Assembly (NCBI GenBank): GCA_043228905.1
Contig: JBHGNT010000015.1
Span: forward strand, 9,796,001 to 9,860,000
Direction of reading: 5' to 3'
Source of the DNA: Azolla caroliniana
Taxonomy: Eukaryota; Plantae; Polypodiophyta
DNA: 64,000 bases
The position numbers and the translations under genes are program-made. This document shows positions 11,401-26,400 of this stretch, piece by piece (within the stretch, counting starts at the first letter, position 1; every line of letters begins with the position of its first letter). Under the pieces are notes generated by a model that worked only from the letters and a program-made list of their open reading frames with translations, had not been told where the DNA came from and made no database searches.

Positions 11401-14400
11401 GAGTTAAACATCTATCTGGTTACCGATTTTGTACATTCTATCCTCTGTATTAATTGTACACATGATTCCTAGATTTTCATTTTACTTCGATCACAGTCAA
11501 ATTACATAAGAAAGATACATAATTTAGATACCATTTATTTTTGCTTTATTTTATCCAGACTTCTATCAAAAGGACATAGCTTTGGGACTTGTAGGTCACT
11601 GACCTTTCGAAGATGTTAATGTAACACTTAATTTCTCATGCGCTGAGTAGTGAATAAGGTAACTCAGAACCTCTACACATCAGTAGCTCTGAAATTGTAT
11701 ATTAAGAACTACAACAGTCACGTAAAAATGGCATCATTAATATTAAAATTAATTTTGACCCACTAAAAGAATTTGTAAACTGAGATAAAAAAAAAAAAAA
11801 GATTAGGACCACTTACAAATATGCACTATCTAAGAAGCTACATGAACGTGTTTTTATTTCCAGCCCATTCAACCTGGTTTTCTCCCCTCTCACTCCCACC
11901 CAGCGTTCACGTAGCACAGGTTGGTCAATTATTCCTAGGACCTGCCAAATATTGTCATAGCCCAGGTTCAATTAGAAATAGAAATAATATTAACAGTAAT
12001 TCATTATAGCAATAATAATATTCCCACAAAGATACTCAGCTTTTCTTCAGTAGTCAAAAGTTACAAAGACAAACCTTAATTATACGCTCAAACAAAAACA
12101 AAAACGTGTAATACACAGCCCCTACGAGATACAACAGTCTTACTTTGGAAATATATACCATATTTCAATCTTCATATTCAGAATCAAAAGTGTCTCAACT
12201 AAGAAAGGATGGTGTGGGGCCCAACCTGAAGAAGTCACAATTGGGAAGAGGACTTAGATGTGCATATCTTCACAAGGTCAAAGCCATCTTGACATGGCAT
12301 CAATGAGATTCCCCCATCATCCCAACCCCAACAAACTTTCCATGAGAATCAACTCATGAGGGATATTTTCAAAGGGCACCAGTTTCAGTTCCAATGATCA
12401 GGCACCAAAACTAATTGTTGTTTATTCATGATTATGTTTCAATCTATTAGTCACTTAAATAATCACTTCCTTTTTGTCACTTGCATGTGATCTTTCTCTG
12501 TTCTGGTAAGCCATTTTGGTGGGTTTATTCCCTCAAGTGATGGGTTTGTTCTGCATGAATATACCTTTCTTTCTTGCCAAACTACATCCTCAAGTGATGG
12601 GTTTATTCCAATTCGTAACCATGATCCAACTGGCTTTGTTCCCATCATTTCTCATTTTAAAAGCAACTTCATTTCTGGAGATTCCAAAGAAACACCAATA
12701 CCATTGGTGTTCTCTTGGCAGCTTACGCTGCATAGCCCATTCATCAAAGGTTTTGACTTTGTAAACCTCTAATTATAACAAAACCAGCTGTGAAGCCAAG
12801 AAACAATAAATGATACAGTTCTATTTCCCTTTCATGTGATTTCGAATTGATAGATGATCATACTAGTTTTAACACATATGAAAAGGATGTTTCTCTTTGC
12901 ATATAAAACTTACTGGAATTTCCTTGTGCACCAAAGAGATCAATGTCCCAAAAACCGGCTTTCCTGAATAAAGATCCTATCAAAATCGTACTCAAATAGA
13001 ATTTATAAATTAATGTATTTAAATTGACAGAAACATTACTCAAATATAAGAAAAATGTTTCAATCCCAGAAAATATGACCACCATCATTCATAAAAAATC
13101 TGAAAATCACTTCTTGTTAGCTGCAAAAAAAAAATCTGGAAAAACAAAATCATCCTAAGTTCTTTTCATTAAGCTTCCAAATACTTATGGTTTGTTTCAT
13201 ATCAAATGTTGTGTCATATGAAACATGTTTTTCTGTTGTACTAGGACACATGTCTCTTTCCACATCTATAATGACAAGTGAAATCTTGAAATGGACACGA
13301 CCACAAACTCGTCAATGGATAGCAACTATCATGGATAAAGCAATTAAGCAATGTTTCCCCAAAGATTGGCTCATGAATTGGATTAAACCAATCCATAAAG
13401 GAGAAGATCAAAAAAATTGGTATCCAACTATCAAACTATCATGGTTAGATGAGTTATCGCCAAGTTATATAGAACTATCATGGAACAAAAGATTAGCTCA
13501 TTGGCTGAACATCATCAAAAACAAGCACTTGGTCAAGCAGGTTTTAGACCAAAGCATTCAACTATCAATCATTTGGTTACACCAAGAGTCATCATGGAAA
13601 ACCATCGATTTCAAGGGAAAATGTTATGTTGTTTTGTGGACTTCAAGAAAGCTTTTGACACCATAACAAGGAGTGAGCTTCAGAAAAGAATGATAGAGAT
13701 CAGAATGTCATTAGAATATAGGGCAACTACAGCATGATTATATGAGCAAGTTAGGTGCCTACTCTCTCCCACACTCTTTCATCTATGCATCGATAAACAT
13801 GAAGAAATAGTAAATAATTCTTCAAAAGAAGAAGAATTGGATGGCCCAAAACTCATGCATAAACTTATTTTTATACTGCTATATGGTGATGATGTTTTAT
13901 TCTCATAAAATTAGATAATATGCAACACTTACTTGATGTTAGGACACATTCCGTCAAATCAGTGGGCTTACTGTTAAGTTGGTAACATGGAAAAAACAAA
14001 AATGATGGAAATAAATGTAATACAACCAAGACATTACCCCGATTTTACATACAAGGGGGAACCCATATAAGTGGTGCAAAGCTTCAAATATCTTAGTATT
14101 AATGTCTCATTGACAAATAGAGTTTAGTATGCTATGAGTCTAGACTTCAAGCAGATTGGAATAATTATTATATGTTTGAGACTCAATAGAACCAGTGTGA
14201 AACTTCAGGATGGGAAGTGAGATTGGTGCTTTTCAATGCTATTATGGTCAAGTGTTGCATTATGGACATGAAGTATGGGGTGGCATGGAATGAAAGAGAA
14301 GAAAGAAGAAAGATATATTAACGTCTTTTAAGAGGCCAAGATGGCCTATAAGACCAAATAAGAGATTACATCTTGAGTGTTTTCTCGTCTTTGAGAACAA

Positions 14401-17400
14401 ATCAAAATAAAATAAATATTACACACTAAATATAAAAGTAAATAAGATGAAAAGAGAAGAAACGAGGGAATCTAGTTTTTGGCACATGTGAGATTCTCAA
14501 GTTAGGTATATTGTAGCTTTTGTCTTCGAAAGATCTCTAGCATAGGTCGATCCCGAATGGAAATGTCTCCGAAGCGAGGGAAGCACCTACGATGGCAGGA
14601 GATAATGGCTTTTATCTGTCGATGACAAGGGTGTCGAGGTCATAGTCCATGGGGCCGGGGCCTACGTGCACGGCAAATTGCTATTGCCCGATCAATTGTA
14701 ACCCCTTTGTTATGTCCTGGTCTGGGGCCCATTTGTGTATCCCGTGATGGACTTGTAACATTAGTAGGAGTGATGGGGCTAAAGAAAGTTGTGATTGTTC
14801 TTTGTGGATGAGCTAGTGTGGCTGTATTCTTCAACAACTTTTCCCGATGTCTCTTGAGCTTTAGCAAGAAAAGTCCTAGGCATCGTTGGTCCTTATATTC
14901 CATTACCTTGTGTAGTGAGCCAAAGCCTTGTTTAAAGAGGCAATGGCACAACAAAGACAAACATAGTGTTCCTCAGATTCCACTCCTTGATGACACAATT
15001 GGCAAATTCTCTCTTCTAGAGGTAGTCATGTATATCTGCCTACCTCAATCTGTAGCTGATGTGATGAAGTCCGTAGCTGGCCTATCACACTATGCAGCGC
15101 ATAGGATTGATGTATGTCCATATAAGATGGCTTGATAACGAATCCATCCTCCAATGTATGTAAGAAGTGTCTTATAGTGGGCCATCTTTGTATCAAGTGG
15201 TATTTTGCGGCTGATTCATGTTATCTTGTTTTCCAAGTTAATAATATCAGTTCGGATCACTTTGTTCTTTTCCACTTTGGTTATATTTAGATGGGGACAG
15301 TCCAAGCTATATTGGAATGGGATAGTGCATTTATACTCATGGCATGTGACTCGAACCATTGCTGCATTTCAGAATACCAATAATGAGTGTCTCCATTTTC
15401 AGCCAGTTGTCTTGATGAAATAAGTGCCAACCTTGGGTACCTTCGTTTAGGGAGCTCCCAAAGACGTTGGATAAATGTCACTGATCGGAACAATGCCTCG
15501 GTTATTATAGGTGTTGCTACCATCTCTGCCCGGATTATATCGTGCGGCACCGATGCTTTGCTCCTTATCATGCGAGCAATCATTGACACTAAAGGTCTCT
15601 CTAAATCTTTCTAATGATTTGCCTTGTTAAGACTCAGTCCCCATGTTTCTACTCCATAGAGAAGAGTTGGTGTGACAAGTGTATCAAATAACCATAACTT
15701 AGTTCGTGGCTCTTGGAACTGCAAATGTGCACATTGTCTATCGAGAGCACCAAGGGCTGCATATCCACGAGAAAGTCAGGCACAAGCAGCCTCCTGTAAG
15801 GAGAAACTAGGTCCTGTAAATGTTACTCCTAGGTATGTGTAGGAGCGTGTGTATTCCACCTTTTCCTCTCCCAAGAAGAATTCTGGTTTTGATCTTGTTA
15901 CCCATGCTTGAGTGGTGTTAAACAGCATCACTTTAGTTTTGTCCATGTTGATTGACAAACCTTTGTCCGTACAAAATAGTTTTAAGGCATTTAGATGTCT
16001 TTGTAGTCCCTCCGGAGAGTCAGAAATCAGCACAATGTCATCAGCATATAGTAATATTTGTATAGCTATACCTGCTAGGCGTGCTCCGGAACCCCCGAAT
16101 CTCTCTATGTAATGTGATACCTCATCTATATAGAGACCGAAGAGAGTGAGGGACAGTGGGCATCCTTGCTTCACTCCAATTGTGCTAGCCACCGCCTCTG
16201 ACAAGCCCTTGGAAGACCGGACTTTTCCTGACACGGATTCATAGAGTGCATAGATTCCCCATTGCATATATATGTAGGAACACCAAGGGCTTCTAGCCGC
16301 TGCATAAGCCGAGCACATAGTGGTGATATGGTGATTCACCTAGAGGTGCAAACCTTGAGTAGGCAAGTGGAAAGTAGCAAATTGCAATATATAACTCCCT
16401 AAGATCCCCTCTTTTTATTCGTATCCACATGTAGCATGCATCTACATCCTTATGGACAACATGCACTCTATCATGGATCTCCTTTTTGTATAGCACAGCC
16501 ACTCCTCCCAGACCTCTAGTGCTTCCTCGTGTCCGAGGTTGGGGGCGACATATTGACTCCCAGCTATATCCTTGTACCTCAGGGAGTTTGCTAGCCATGC
16601 ATTGGTGAGTCTCTGTATACATAGCAATATCTGTGTTGTTCAAAGTATCTTCAAAATATCCGACATCTGTCCGTAGAGAGTTGTTGCAATTCCATACGGT
16701 CATGTGTAGGGTCTCATAGGCCATATATCGTCATGCAGTCCTCTTCTCTGTAATAATGACCTTGCCATCTCTATAAACAGCCCATTTTCCTTCCTTTCTT
16801 GCATCAAGCACTCGTGGCATGTTTTCTTTGCGGTGTGCCACTTGGGCTGGAGTGAGATCGTCATCTACGTATAATTTTTCACCCTTGAGTGCCTCTCTTT
16901 TAGAGATGAAAGCTTTTTTCTTGTCAATATCCATGAAGCGGATGATAAGGGCTTTGGTTCTAGACTCATCTCTTCCCACCCTCCACGCCGATGCAAATGG
17001 AATATCTAATGCTCCAATCTTTGTTCCGAGATTCTTGGCATCTTCTTGTGGACTTCCTTTTTTGGCCCAACCAACCACTCGTACATGCAACACACGAGCT
17101 TTCCTCTTGGCTTCTTCTTCTTCTTCTAATGTAGCATTCATTTTTGCCATCCTATCCATGGATGTTCCTTTTTGCTTTTTCACTACCTCTATCCAAGGAG
17201 CATTTGCTTTAATTTCATTTTGGGCGTGCTCAGCTTGAGCTTTGGCATCTTTGGCCATTTCTATCCATGTTTGCATTTCCTTAGTGACATTGGTCCTCAC
17301 TGTAGACATGCATCTTTCCACTGCTTCTTATCCTTTTTCAAAATCCACTTTTATAGCTCCTAACTCAACCTTACTTGAGGATATTTCATCCTTAAGGTAT

Positions 17401-20400
17401 TGTGTCATGTCATCCTTGAGATCTAAGTGTGATTTCTTCACATGGCTTATTATGTCTTTCCACATCTCTTCTAATAACTCAGCCTTGAGAGAGGCATAAA
17501 ACTCTGTTTTCTATTTCTTTATCATTCCTACTAATGCTACAAGTCCATCACAGGATACACAAATGGGCCCCAGACCAAGACATAACAAAGGGGTTACAAT
17601 TGATCGGGCAATAGCAATTTTCCATGCACGTAGGCCCGGGCCCCATGGACCACGACCTCGACACCTTTGTTATCGACAAGCCATTATCTCCCGCCATCGT
17701 AGGTGCTTCCCTCGCTTCGGAGACATTTCCATTCGGGATCGACCTATGCTAGAGATCTTTCGAAGACAAAAGCTACAATATACCTAACTTGAGAATCTCA
17801 CATGTGCCAAAAACCAGATTCCCTCGTTTCTTCTCTTTTCATCTTATTTACTTTTATATTTAGTGTAATATTTATTTTATTTTGATTTGTTCTCAAAGAC
17901 GAGAAAACACTCAAGATGTAATCTCTTATTTGGTCTTATAGGCCATCTTGGCCTCTTAAAAGACGTTAATATATCTTTCTTTTTTTCTTTCTATCTCCTT
18001 TTTCATTTCTTCTTTTAGTGCTATTTCTATATCCTCTCTAATAAGATTGATCTCTTGCGCAATCAAATAGCGTAATAGATCATATTTCCCATTTTCGACA
18101 TCAAATGGAATGTCGAATGGGGCCTGCATTCTGGGTGCCTTGTGCACCCTCCTAACGCTATTCGGGGTGCTTCCATCACGTCCTTTTCGTCTATTGTATC
18201 TTCTTGGGGTCTTCCATGGATCTGAACCCTCGTCATGCGTGTTAAGATCCATCTTTTCATTTTCTGTCCATTCAGACTCCATGGTGTCTTAGGACAGCAG
18301 GTACAGGGTATGAGATGCTGAGGGCAGAGGGAACAATATAGGTTCCAGGAATTTCTACTGAGCAGAAAACAGAGAGGAACAGATTTGGCAGAAAATTCAG
18401 GGAATCAGATTTGGTAGAAAACGCAGAGGATCGGGCATTGAAGAAAACGCAAAGGACAGACATTGCAGAAAACGCAGACAGACATTGACATTGCAGAAAA
18501 CACAGAGGATTAGACATTGCAAAAAACACAGAGGACAGACATTGCAAAAAACACAGAGGACAGACATTGCAGAAAACGCAGAGAGAAACTCCAAACAATG
18601 TTCTTACATAGACAATTGGAGGTAAAATCCTAAACATCATATCCTATCATGCTATTAGAAACAGGTTCTTGGCCCATAGAGGTCATAGCCATGCAAAGAG
18701 TATACAAGTATATCACAAACATCTAGAATATGCCTAATCATACATTGCCCAAACAAGCTTGGACCATAAATTGCAAGATACAAAAAACTAATAAAAGCAA
18801 AATCCTCTCATCCGGTTGGGTGCCCGACATTTTGAGATGGTTTACGAGATGGGGAGTAGAAGATCTATTGGAGCTCTGAGGTGATGCTATGAAGTATGTC
18901 ATCATTGAGGATAGATTACTAGAGGCATTAAAGATCAAGTGCAAGATGCTGAAATGTCAAAATTGGAAAAGTACATTGCAAATAGAAACCCCCAAAATTA
19001 GCCCCAATACAAGGAAAAGTGCCAAAACATATCCAATGACATCTCACTACCTCCATGAGCCTTGACCCTCTGAGAGCCTGAACATTTCTTCGAATCTGTT
19101 CACACAAGTTAGGCGTTGAGGTAACATCATGGCCTCATCACCCAAATATGGTGTATCCAGTGACAAGGAAAAATATTGCATCCAATGATATTGGCCCCAA
19201 TACAAGGAAAAATGCCAAAATGTATCCATTGACATCTCACTACCCCCATGAACCTTGGCCCTTGGAGAGTATTAACACTTCCTCGAATTCACTCACACAA
19301 GTTAGGCATTGAGGTAGCATCATGGCATCATCACCCAATAGGAAGATATGCAATGTATGCAACGTATGCAATGATAACCTAGCGGAGGATGAATACCACT
19401 TAGTTATTGGATGCTCAGCATATAAGATAATTTGCGAGAAATATGATGACTTGGTAGACGAACATGATAATGTTAGTGTCATATTCAAATTTCCAGCAAG
19501 AAGAGTGAACAAATAAGTGTGTGCATTATTTTCACATCAAGAGATTTTGCTATAGAATAATAACTCCCCTTCTTAGGAAAGTATCACATACAAGATGAGA
19601 TGTTGACTTGGTCCCATAGGTCAAATTTGGCATTATTATGACGATAAAATATCTATTCTATTCTATCCTATTTTATGTGTATATGCATATCTATCTAGTT
19701 ACAAATTAGTTTGGACAGTGGATTTTGATTTATTCGCCAACTGAGAGCAAAGGTTTTACCAAGTACCTAGTTTGCTACAATCACCTCATAGTCCCTGCCA
19801 GCCCTCCCGTCCTAGTGTTATCATGTGACCTAGTTCTTAGTGTTTCCATGTGACCTAGTTCCTGGCACCTCATAGTTCCTCCCAGCCCCACATTTTAAAC
19901 CAATGTCGAATATTATATGTACAAAAATCCTATAGGGAAATTGGATTGTGTCTCCACACAATCCCCGTACATTCTTGAGGGCATCCCAATGTCAGCCATA
20001 AGAACTTGGTAGAAATCCAACATAGCTACCACTCACACCATAGACCATTGCTCTCCGAGGATGCTACCAAATCGACCTTGATTTATCATTTAAGTTTCGA
20101 CTCCATACTAGATAATAATCATAAAGAAATTTTGACAAAAGCAAAACTATAACTTCCAGAAAAAGTCGATAAGAATTATCTGAAAAAAGATTAAATATTA
20201 GAAATTCACATTAGAATTATACTAAAAAATAATCCATTAGAACCTGTAATAAAGCTCTTAGTGCCATCAATAGGGTCTAAGACCCATGTATATTCATATT
20301 CGCTTGGTTCTTGTAATCCCAACTCTTCACCAAAACTGGCAAAACAGAAGTCAAAAAAATCAATGTAGAAATTAAGCTACATTTTAGGTCTCGGTAATGC

Positions 20401-23400
20401 AACTTCACCAATAATTCTGCTAGTCTCTTGATGGACAATCGGTCAACCTTATGTTCACTTGAAAGATTGTATAAAGATAATTGAATATATTTATAAATTA
20501 GAGGTCCCAGAAAGCTTTGATAATGTTCCAAATGCCCCAAACATTGTCCCTATACAATCAGCCACACATACACAATCATAACAGAAACCAAGAACTAAAA
20601 ACAGCTGATTTCCTAATTTAATAGCAGCTCAGGTATTTCCAGGTATCAAGAAACGTTTGAATTCTATTTTCTCGTCTTTTATCAGATTATAATTATTTCA
20701 ACATTAACATTATTTTTCCCTGAGATCCATTGCTATACAATAATGTAGTGTATTTTTCTATTCATACATCCTGTGTACAAAGCGTAACTCAATGTGAAAT
20801 GTCATCATTGGATATAGATTATGACTTTGGATTCTGTGTGTTCAATTGAGCATGTGTTCTGCTGTCTGACCTATTCAGTTTTCTCCTGTCTGCAGTTTGT
20901 CAGTATGCCTCATATAGATAGGTCTAATATTTGGAACTGGAATAATTGTGAAGTTGAAAATTGATTCAGCCATATCAACAATGTGGAAGGTGAGCTTGTT
21001 AATGTGTCCAGCTTGGATGAAAACAAGACATAAGTCATGTCACATGATAGAAGTTAATACATCCTGGACTATTTCATCACTGGAAAACAGATGAAGATAG
21101 GACTTCATATCCCAAAGGATTGTCCCACGTTGGACAAGACTAGAAGGAATTGAGAGTACAAAATACAGCAAGAGCACAGGTGCACAAGTAGGTGGGGGTT
21201 GACAGGGAAGAATTTGATTTAGTGCACAACTGTAGCCCCAAGAGACATGTGATCTTACACGTGTGTGGCGTAGTTGGTTACATTGATAGCCCAATTATAT
21301 TTGGTATTTGGGGGATTAAGTTTTGTGGACAACTAGTTTATAGTCTTCAGTGAGGTGCACTTTTTGCTTCTTCATGGTTTATAAGGTAATTCATCCAATG
21401 TCACCTATCCTGCAAAGGAATATTTGCGCATGATTCTTTTGCATGTCCTACAACTGGAAGTAAAGCTTGTGTGTTTATGAGTCATAACACCACTTTGTCT
21501 AGGCATTCTATGAAATTAGTTTTCACTTGCTAATGTCTAAAGGCTGGAGCACTTGCAAGAATGTTTGCAAACTGGGCAAACCTATCTCAGAATTGTGGGT
21601 TCACTACTATCAAGTGAGATTTGTAAGACTCGAACCTATAAACTTGCACATCAAGCACCAAGTATGAATCATTGGGATAAGCTTTTCCCTAAGTTTGTAA
21701 AATAGCATGCATTTCATGCACTCTCACATGCATTCAAACACCTATATAAGGAGAAGGAAGGTAATCATGTAGCAATCAATCAATCCATCAATCAAGCGTT
21801 CAATCAAGAAGAAAAATACATTCATTAGTAATCGAGACACTAAGCTAGCTCATTCAGAAAGTCTCTCGTGTCTCAAGATTGAAGTCAAGGGTTTGAGCTG
21901 GACTTTTTTCAAGAATCTCTTTGTTATCAGCCTTCATAGCTGAGTTTTTTTTTCTTGCCTTCCCCTCCAATAGCTGAATTCTCAAGATGTCTGAGACATC
22001 CAATGCCAAAATCTCCTGTGATTTGGCTTGATAGCTGAGAACTTTTTTTTTCAAGAATCTCTTTGTTATCAGCCTTCATAGCATTCCCCTCCAATAGCTG
22101 AACTCTCAAGATGTCTGAGACATCCAATGCGAGCAGCATACCTGGTGGACATACAATCGAAACTACTACTTTTTTTTTTCAACTACTATGCAAGCTGAGA
22201 GCTTTTTTTCTTGCATTCCCCTCCAATAGCTGAACTCTCAAGATGTCTGAGACATCCAATGCGAGCAGCATACCTGGTGGACATACAATCGAAACTACTA
22301 TGCTTCAACTAGGTGGAGGAGACTTACCAACTATTCCAGCTGCAAATTGACTCAATGGAAAAAAACTACTTCAAATGGTCACAAATAGTCCACACACTCC
22401 GAAAAGGAAGAGGGAAGCAAAGCCATATACTTGGAAATGGACCAAAAGTGGGTGATCCCAAATTTGTTGCATGGGATGAAAAAGACTCACTTATTATGAC
22501 GTGGCTGTGGAACTCAATGATACCGGAGATAAGTGATACTTGTTTAACCTTGTCCACCACACAAAAGATGTGGTAGGTAGTTAAACAAACATACTCAAAG
22601 GCTTTTGATGCAGCACAAGTCTATGAGATAAGAATGCGAGCTATTTCAGTAAAACAAGGTAACAGGACTGTTACCGAGTATGCAAATGAATTAAAAGGTT
22701 TGTGGCAGGAATTGCACCACTATAGGCAGATAGAGATCAAGTGTACAGATCATGCTGCCACCTTAAAGAAAATCACTGAATGTGATCGAAACTATGATTT
22801 CCTCGCTAGAATCAATCAGGACTTTGATCAAGTCAAAGGGCAGATTCTTTGTAAAGGAACACTCCCAGCCCTTGACACAGTCATATCTATTGTCCTTGCT
22901 GAAGAAAGCAGGCGGACTGTGATGATCACCTCACAAGTATCCAACGGATCAGCAATGATATTAAGGAATGGAAATGGGAGAAACAGTCAAAACAAGGATG
23001 ATCTGGTGTGTAGATATTGTAAGAAGCCACCCCATACAAGGGAAAAATGTTGGAAACTACATGGCGAACCAACAAATATAGAATATGGAACCGAACCGAA
23101 CCGTGAAACCGCGGTTTAACGGCTTAACGGTTTCAACAGTTCGGTTCGGTTCAAGTTTAGGTTTTTATTAACGGTTCGGTTCGGTTTCAACAGTCAAAAC
23201 CCTCGGTTTAAACGGTTTAACGGTTCTTTATTTTTTATTTTTTATTTTTTATTTTTATTTTTAAAATTTTTTAAAATTTTTAAAAAAAGTCAAACAAATT
23301 AAAAAAATTGGTTTTACACAATCTTTTCATTTTTAGACCTTATTCTCACATTTTAGAAACATCTTAAAAATTTTTAAAATTTTTAAAAATGAAATATTAT

Positions 23401-26400
23401 AAATTTTAAAAAATTAAAAATTTGATCTATGTTGAAAACCGAAACCGAACCACGAAACCGCAGTTTTTACGGTTTAATGGTTTAACGGTTTGAAAAATGT
23501 TTAACGGTTCAGTTTAACGGTTTCGTGGTTCGGTTCGTTTTGATTCAGGTTTCAAACAAATTTAACAGTTCCAAACAAATTTAACAGTTCGGTTTGGACC
23601 CTCTCGAACCGAACCATTGCCGATTGTTAATTAGTGGCAAAAGGCTACAGTCAAACATATGGTGTAGATTATTCAGAGACATTTTCTCCAGTTGCAAAGA
23701 TGGGTACAGCAAGAACAATTTTGGCCTTAGCTGCACATTTCGGTTGGGACATACAACAATATGATGTGAAAAATGCATTCCTCCATGGGGATCTTGAAGA
23801 GGAAATATACATGGAAGTTCCCCTCGGGTTCGAAGGGAAAGTCCCTGAAAATACAGTTTGTAAACTTAAGAAAGCACTGTATGGTCTCAAGCAATTCCCA
23901 AGGGCATGGTTTGGGAAGTTACAAAGGCTATGACATCAAAAGAGTACCAACAAAGTCAAGCTGATCCAACTCTTTTTATGAAACATTCAACAACACGGAA
24001 AATATCGATATTGCTGATCTATGTTGATGATATCTTAATCACGGGAGATGACGAAGAAGGAAAGCAATCTCTAGGAAGACACCTTGACAATGAATTTGAG
24101 ATAAAAGATTAGTAAGGTTAAAATACTTCCTCAGCATTGAAGTTGCCCACTCCAAGCATGGTATTTTTATTTCCCTATAGACTTATTAAATGATACAGGG
24201 AAGTGAGCCTGCAAACCAACTATTACACCAATGATCCAAATCAAAGATTGGGAGAATCAAAAGAAGATGAAATGGTTGATAAAGACATGTACCAAAGGCT
24301 GGTAGGGAAACAGATTTATTTATCTCATACACAGCTTGACATTGCTTATGCCCTTAGCATAGTGAGCCAATTTTTGCATAGTCCAAGGAAAGCCCATTTA
24401 CAAGCTATACATCGGATCTTACAATACCTCAAGTGTAGTCTTGGGAAAGGAATTCTTTTCAAAAGAGATAGAGGGCTGCACATAGAAGCATACACAGATG
24501 TAGATTATGTTGGATCAGTTACAGACAGAAGATCAACTTCCGGGTATTGTGTTCTTATTGGCAGAAACCTAACAACATGGAGAAGCAAAAAACAAAATGT
24601 AGTAGCAAGGTCAAGCGCTGAAGTTGAGTATTGGGCAATGGCACTTGGCATTTGTGAACTACTATGGCTAAAAATTCTAATGGATGACTTGAAGATCAAA
24701 TGGCAAGGAACCATGCAGTTGTATTACGACAACAAAGGCGCCATTAACATTGCAAATAATGCAATACAAAATGACAGGACAAGGCATATAGAAGTAGATA
24801 GATATTTCATTAAAGAAAAGATAGATGGCGGGCTGATTTGTACCCCTTACATTCCCTCACAACAACAGTTGGCAAACATACTCACAAAAGGATTGAGAAA
24901 TCCAACATTTCAAACAATTCTATCCAAGCTAGGATTGGAAAATACCTACTCACCAACTTGAGAGGGAGTGTTATAGAGTACCTTTTTAACTAAAATGGTT
25001 AAATATTAAACCATTTAATATTTAAGTATTTAAATATTAAATGTTGTAACAATCTTTGGTGTAACAATTTCTAGAAATAAACAATCACCACTTGTATAAA
25101 AGGGGGGCAATGATAAGGGTAGTTTTTCTTTTTTTTCATTTGATTTAACATTTTTGATAAGTAACTTTTAGGTCATTTAGGCACGTTTACATACAATCAA
25201 TGACCAAAAGTTATAAAGATAATGTAAATGCCAATAACACCCCAGATTGGGGCCAAAAATATAGTAAAGATATGTCTAGAAAGCTCTTGAAGGGAGCTTA
25301 CATGGAAGGGTCAAAATATACAGAAGGAAAGTCCTTGGGTCCTTTATCCCCTACAACCTCCCACTTAAAGGACCAAGAGGCCCCTTTCAACCAAGTAACT
25401 CGCACCATCTGTGTACATAGTTGATGTTATGCCTCGGGTAGACACTTTGTGAGAGCATCTATAGGACTATGAAGTATTGACCTGGTTCAAAGTGATTAGG
25501 CCATCCTCTAGCACCTCTCTCATGAAGTGGTGTTTCGCATCAATATGCTTTGTGCAAGCATGAAAAATTGCATTCTTTGCCAAATATATGGCACTCTGTC
25601 CATCACATTCAAGAGTAGGTGCCTTTTCAGGAATCCGAAACTCACTTCACAAGCAAGCTAACCAAATGGCTTCTTTGGCAGTGCTACATTGTGATAACCA
25701 AAGTACATTTTACAAAGAACCCTGTTTACCACGCAAGGACTAAGCATATTGATATTCACTATCACTTCATTAGAGAAGTGAAAGAGGATGGTCAAATCTA
25801 ATTGGTAAAGATTGATATCACCGAAAATCCGGGAGATTGTTTAACAAAGTGTTTATCAAAGACACTTCACCAACACTGTCTTGATCAAGTGGGAGTTATC
25901 TAGTAGAGTAACCTAGCTCCTTTAAGTGGGAGGTTGTTGGGATTAAAGGCCCTTTAGGTTTCTCTAACTAAACTAGGAAAACGTTTTTATATTGTTTACT
26001 ATTTTCAAAATTTTATTAGAGTTGTACAATCTTGTTTTCAGAACTGTACTACAATTGCTAAAAGAATATTTTGTAGATTGAATGGGATCCTTAGATAAGA
26101 TTCCCACTCACCATTAAATAGGTATTTATGGCAACCTTTCAACCATATTAAAGAGAAGTATGCTAGCCTCTATGCAGGCTCCATCACCATTCAACAAATG
26201 ATGGAGAAGGATAGCCAATGACATTTTGGCAAAATCTTGCTCAGGCTTCAAAAGCATAGGGAATCACATATTAGCATGGGAGATGTAATAATAATTTGCA
26301 CATCATTGCTTTCTTCCATAGCGCCTTACCTCCACTAACAAAATGTTGTTGAGTCATCATGGAGCAAGCAGAGGAATGTTGATGACAAGAAAGACTATGA

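Larger units (their letters stand above)
13250..19675 (+). mobile_element. Outer 5'-truncated LINE (RT plus C-terminal CCHC), split by the LINE at 14300-18580
   Basis: [14 protein letters not shown]...FVDFKKAFD and LLYGDD. Frame rejoins across the insert (AWNE..|[11 protein letters not shown]). [19 protein letters not shown] at ~19360; (TATTC)n tail ~19652-19672; internal ~185-bp tandem duplication 18990-19340. Confidence 0.85.

Noticed and set aside
14315-17987. RT flanked by long inverted terminal repeats, suggesting a DIRS- or Penelope-like element
   Set aside because: ORF1 continues on both sides of the right repeat, which has its own tail and a degenerate TSD. The element has an APE endonuclease, and no tyrosine recombinase or GIY-YIG motif was seen.
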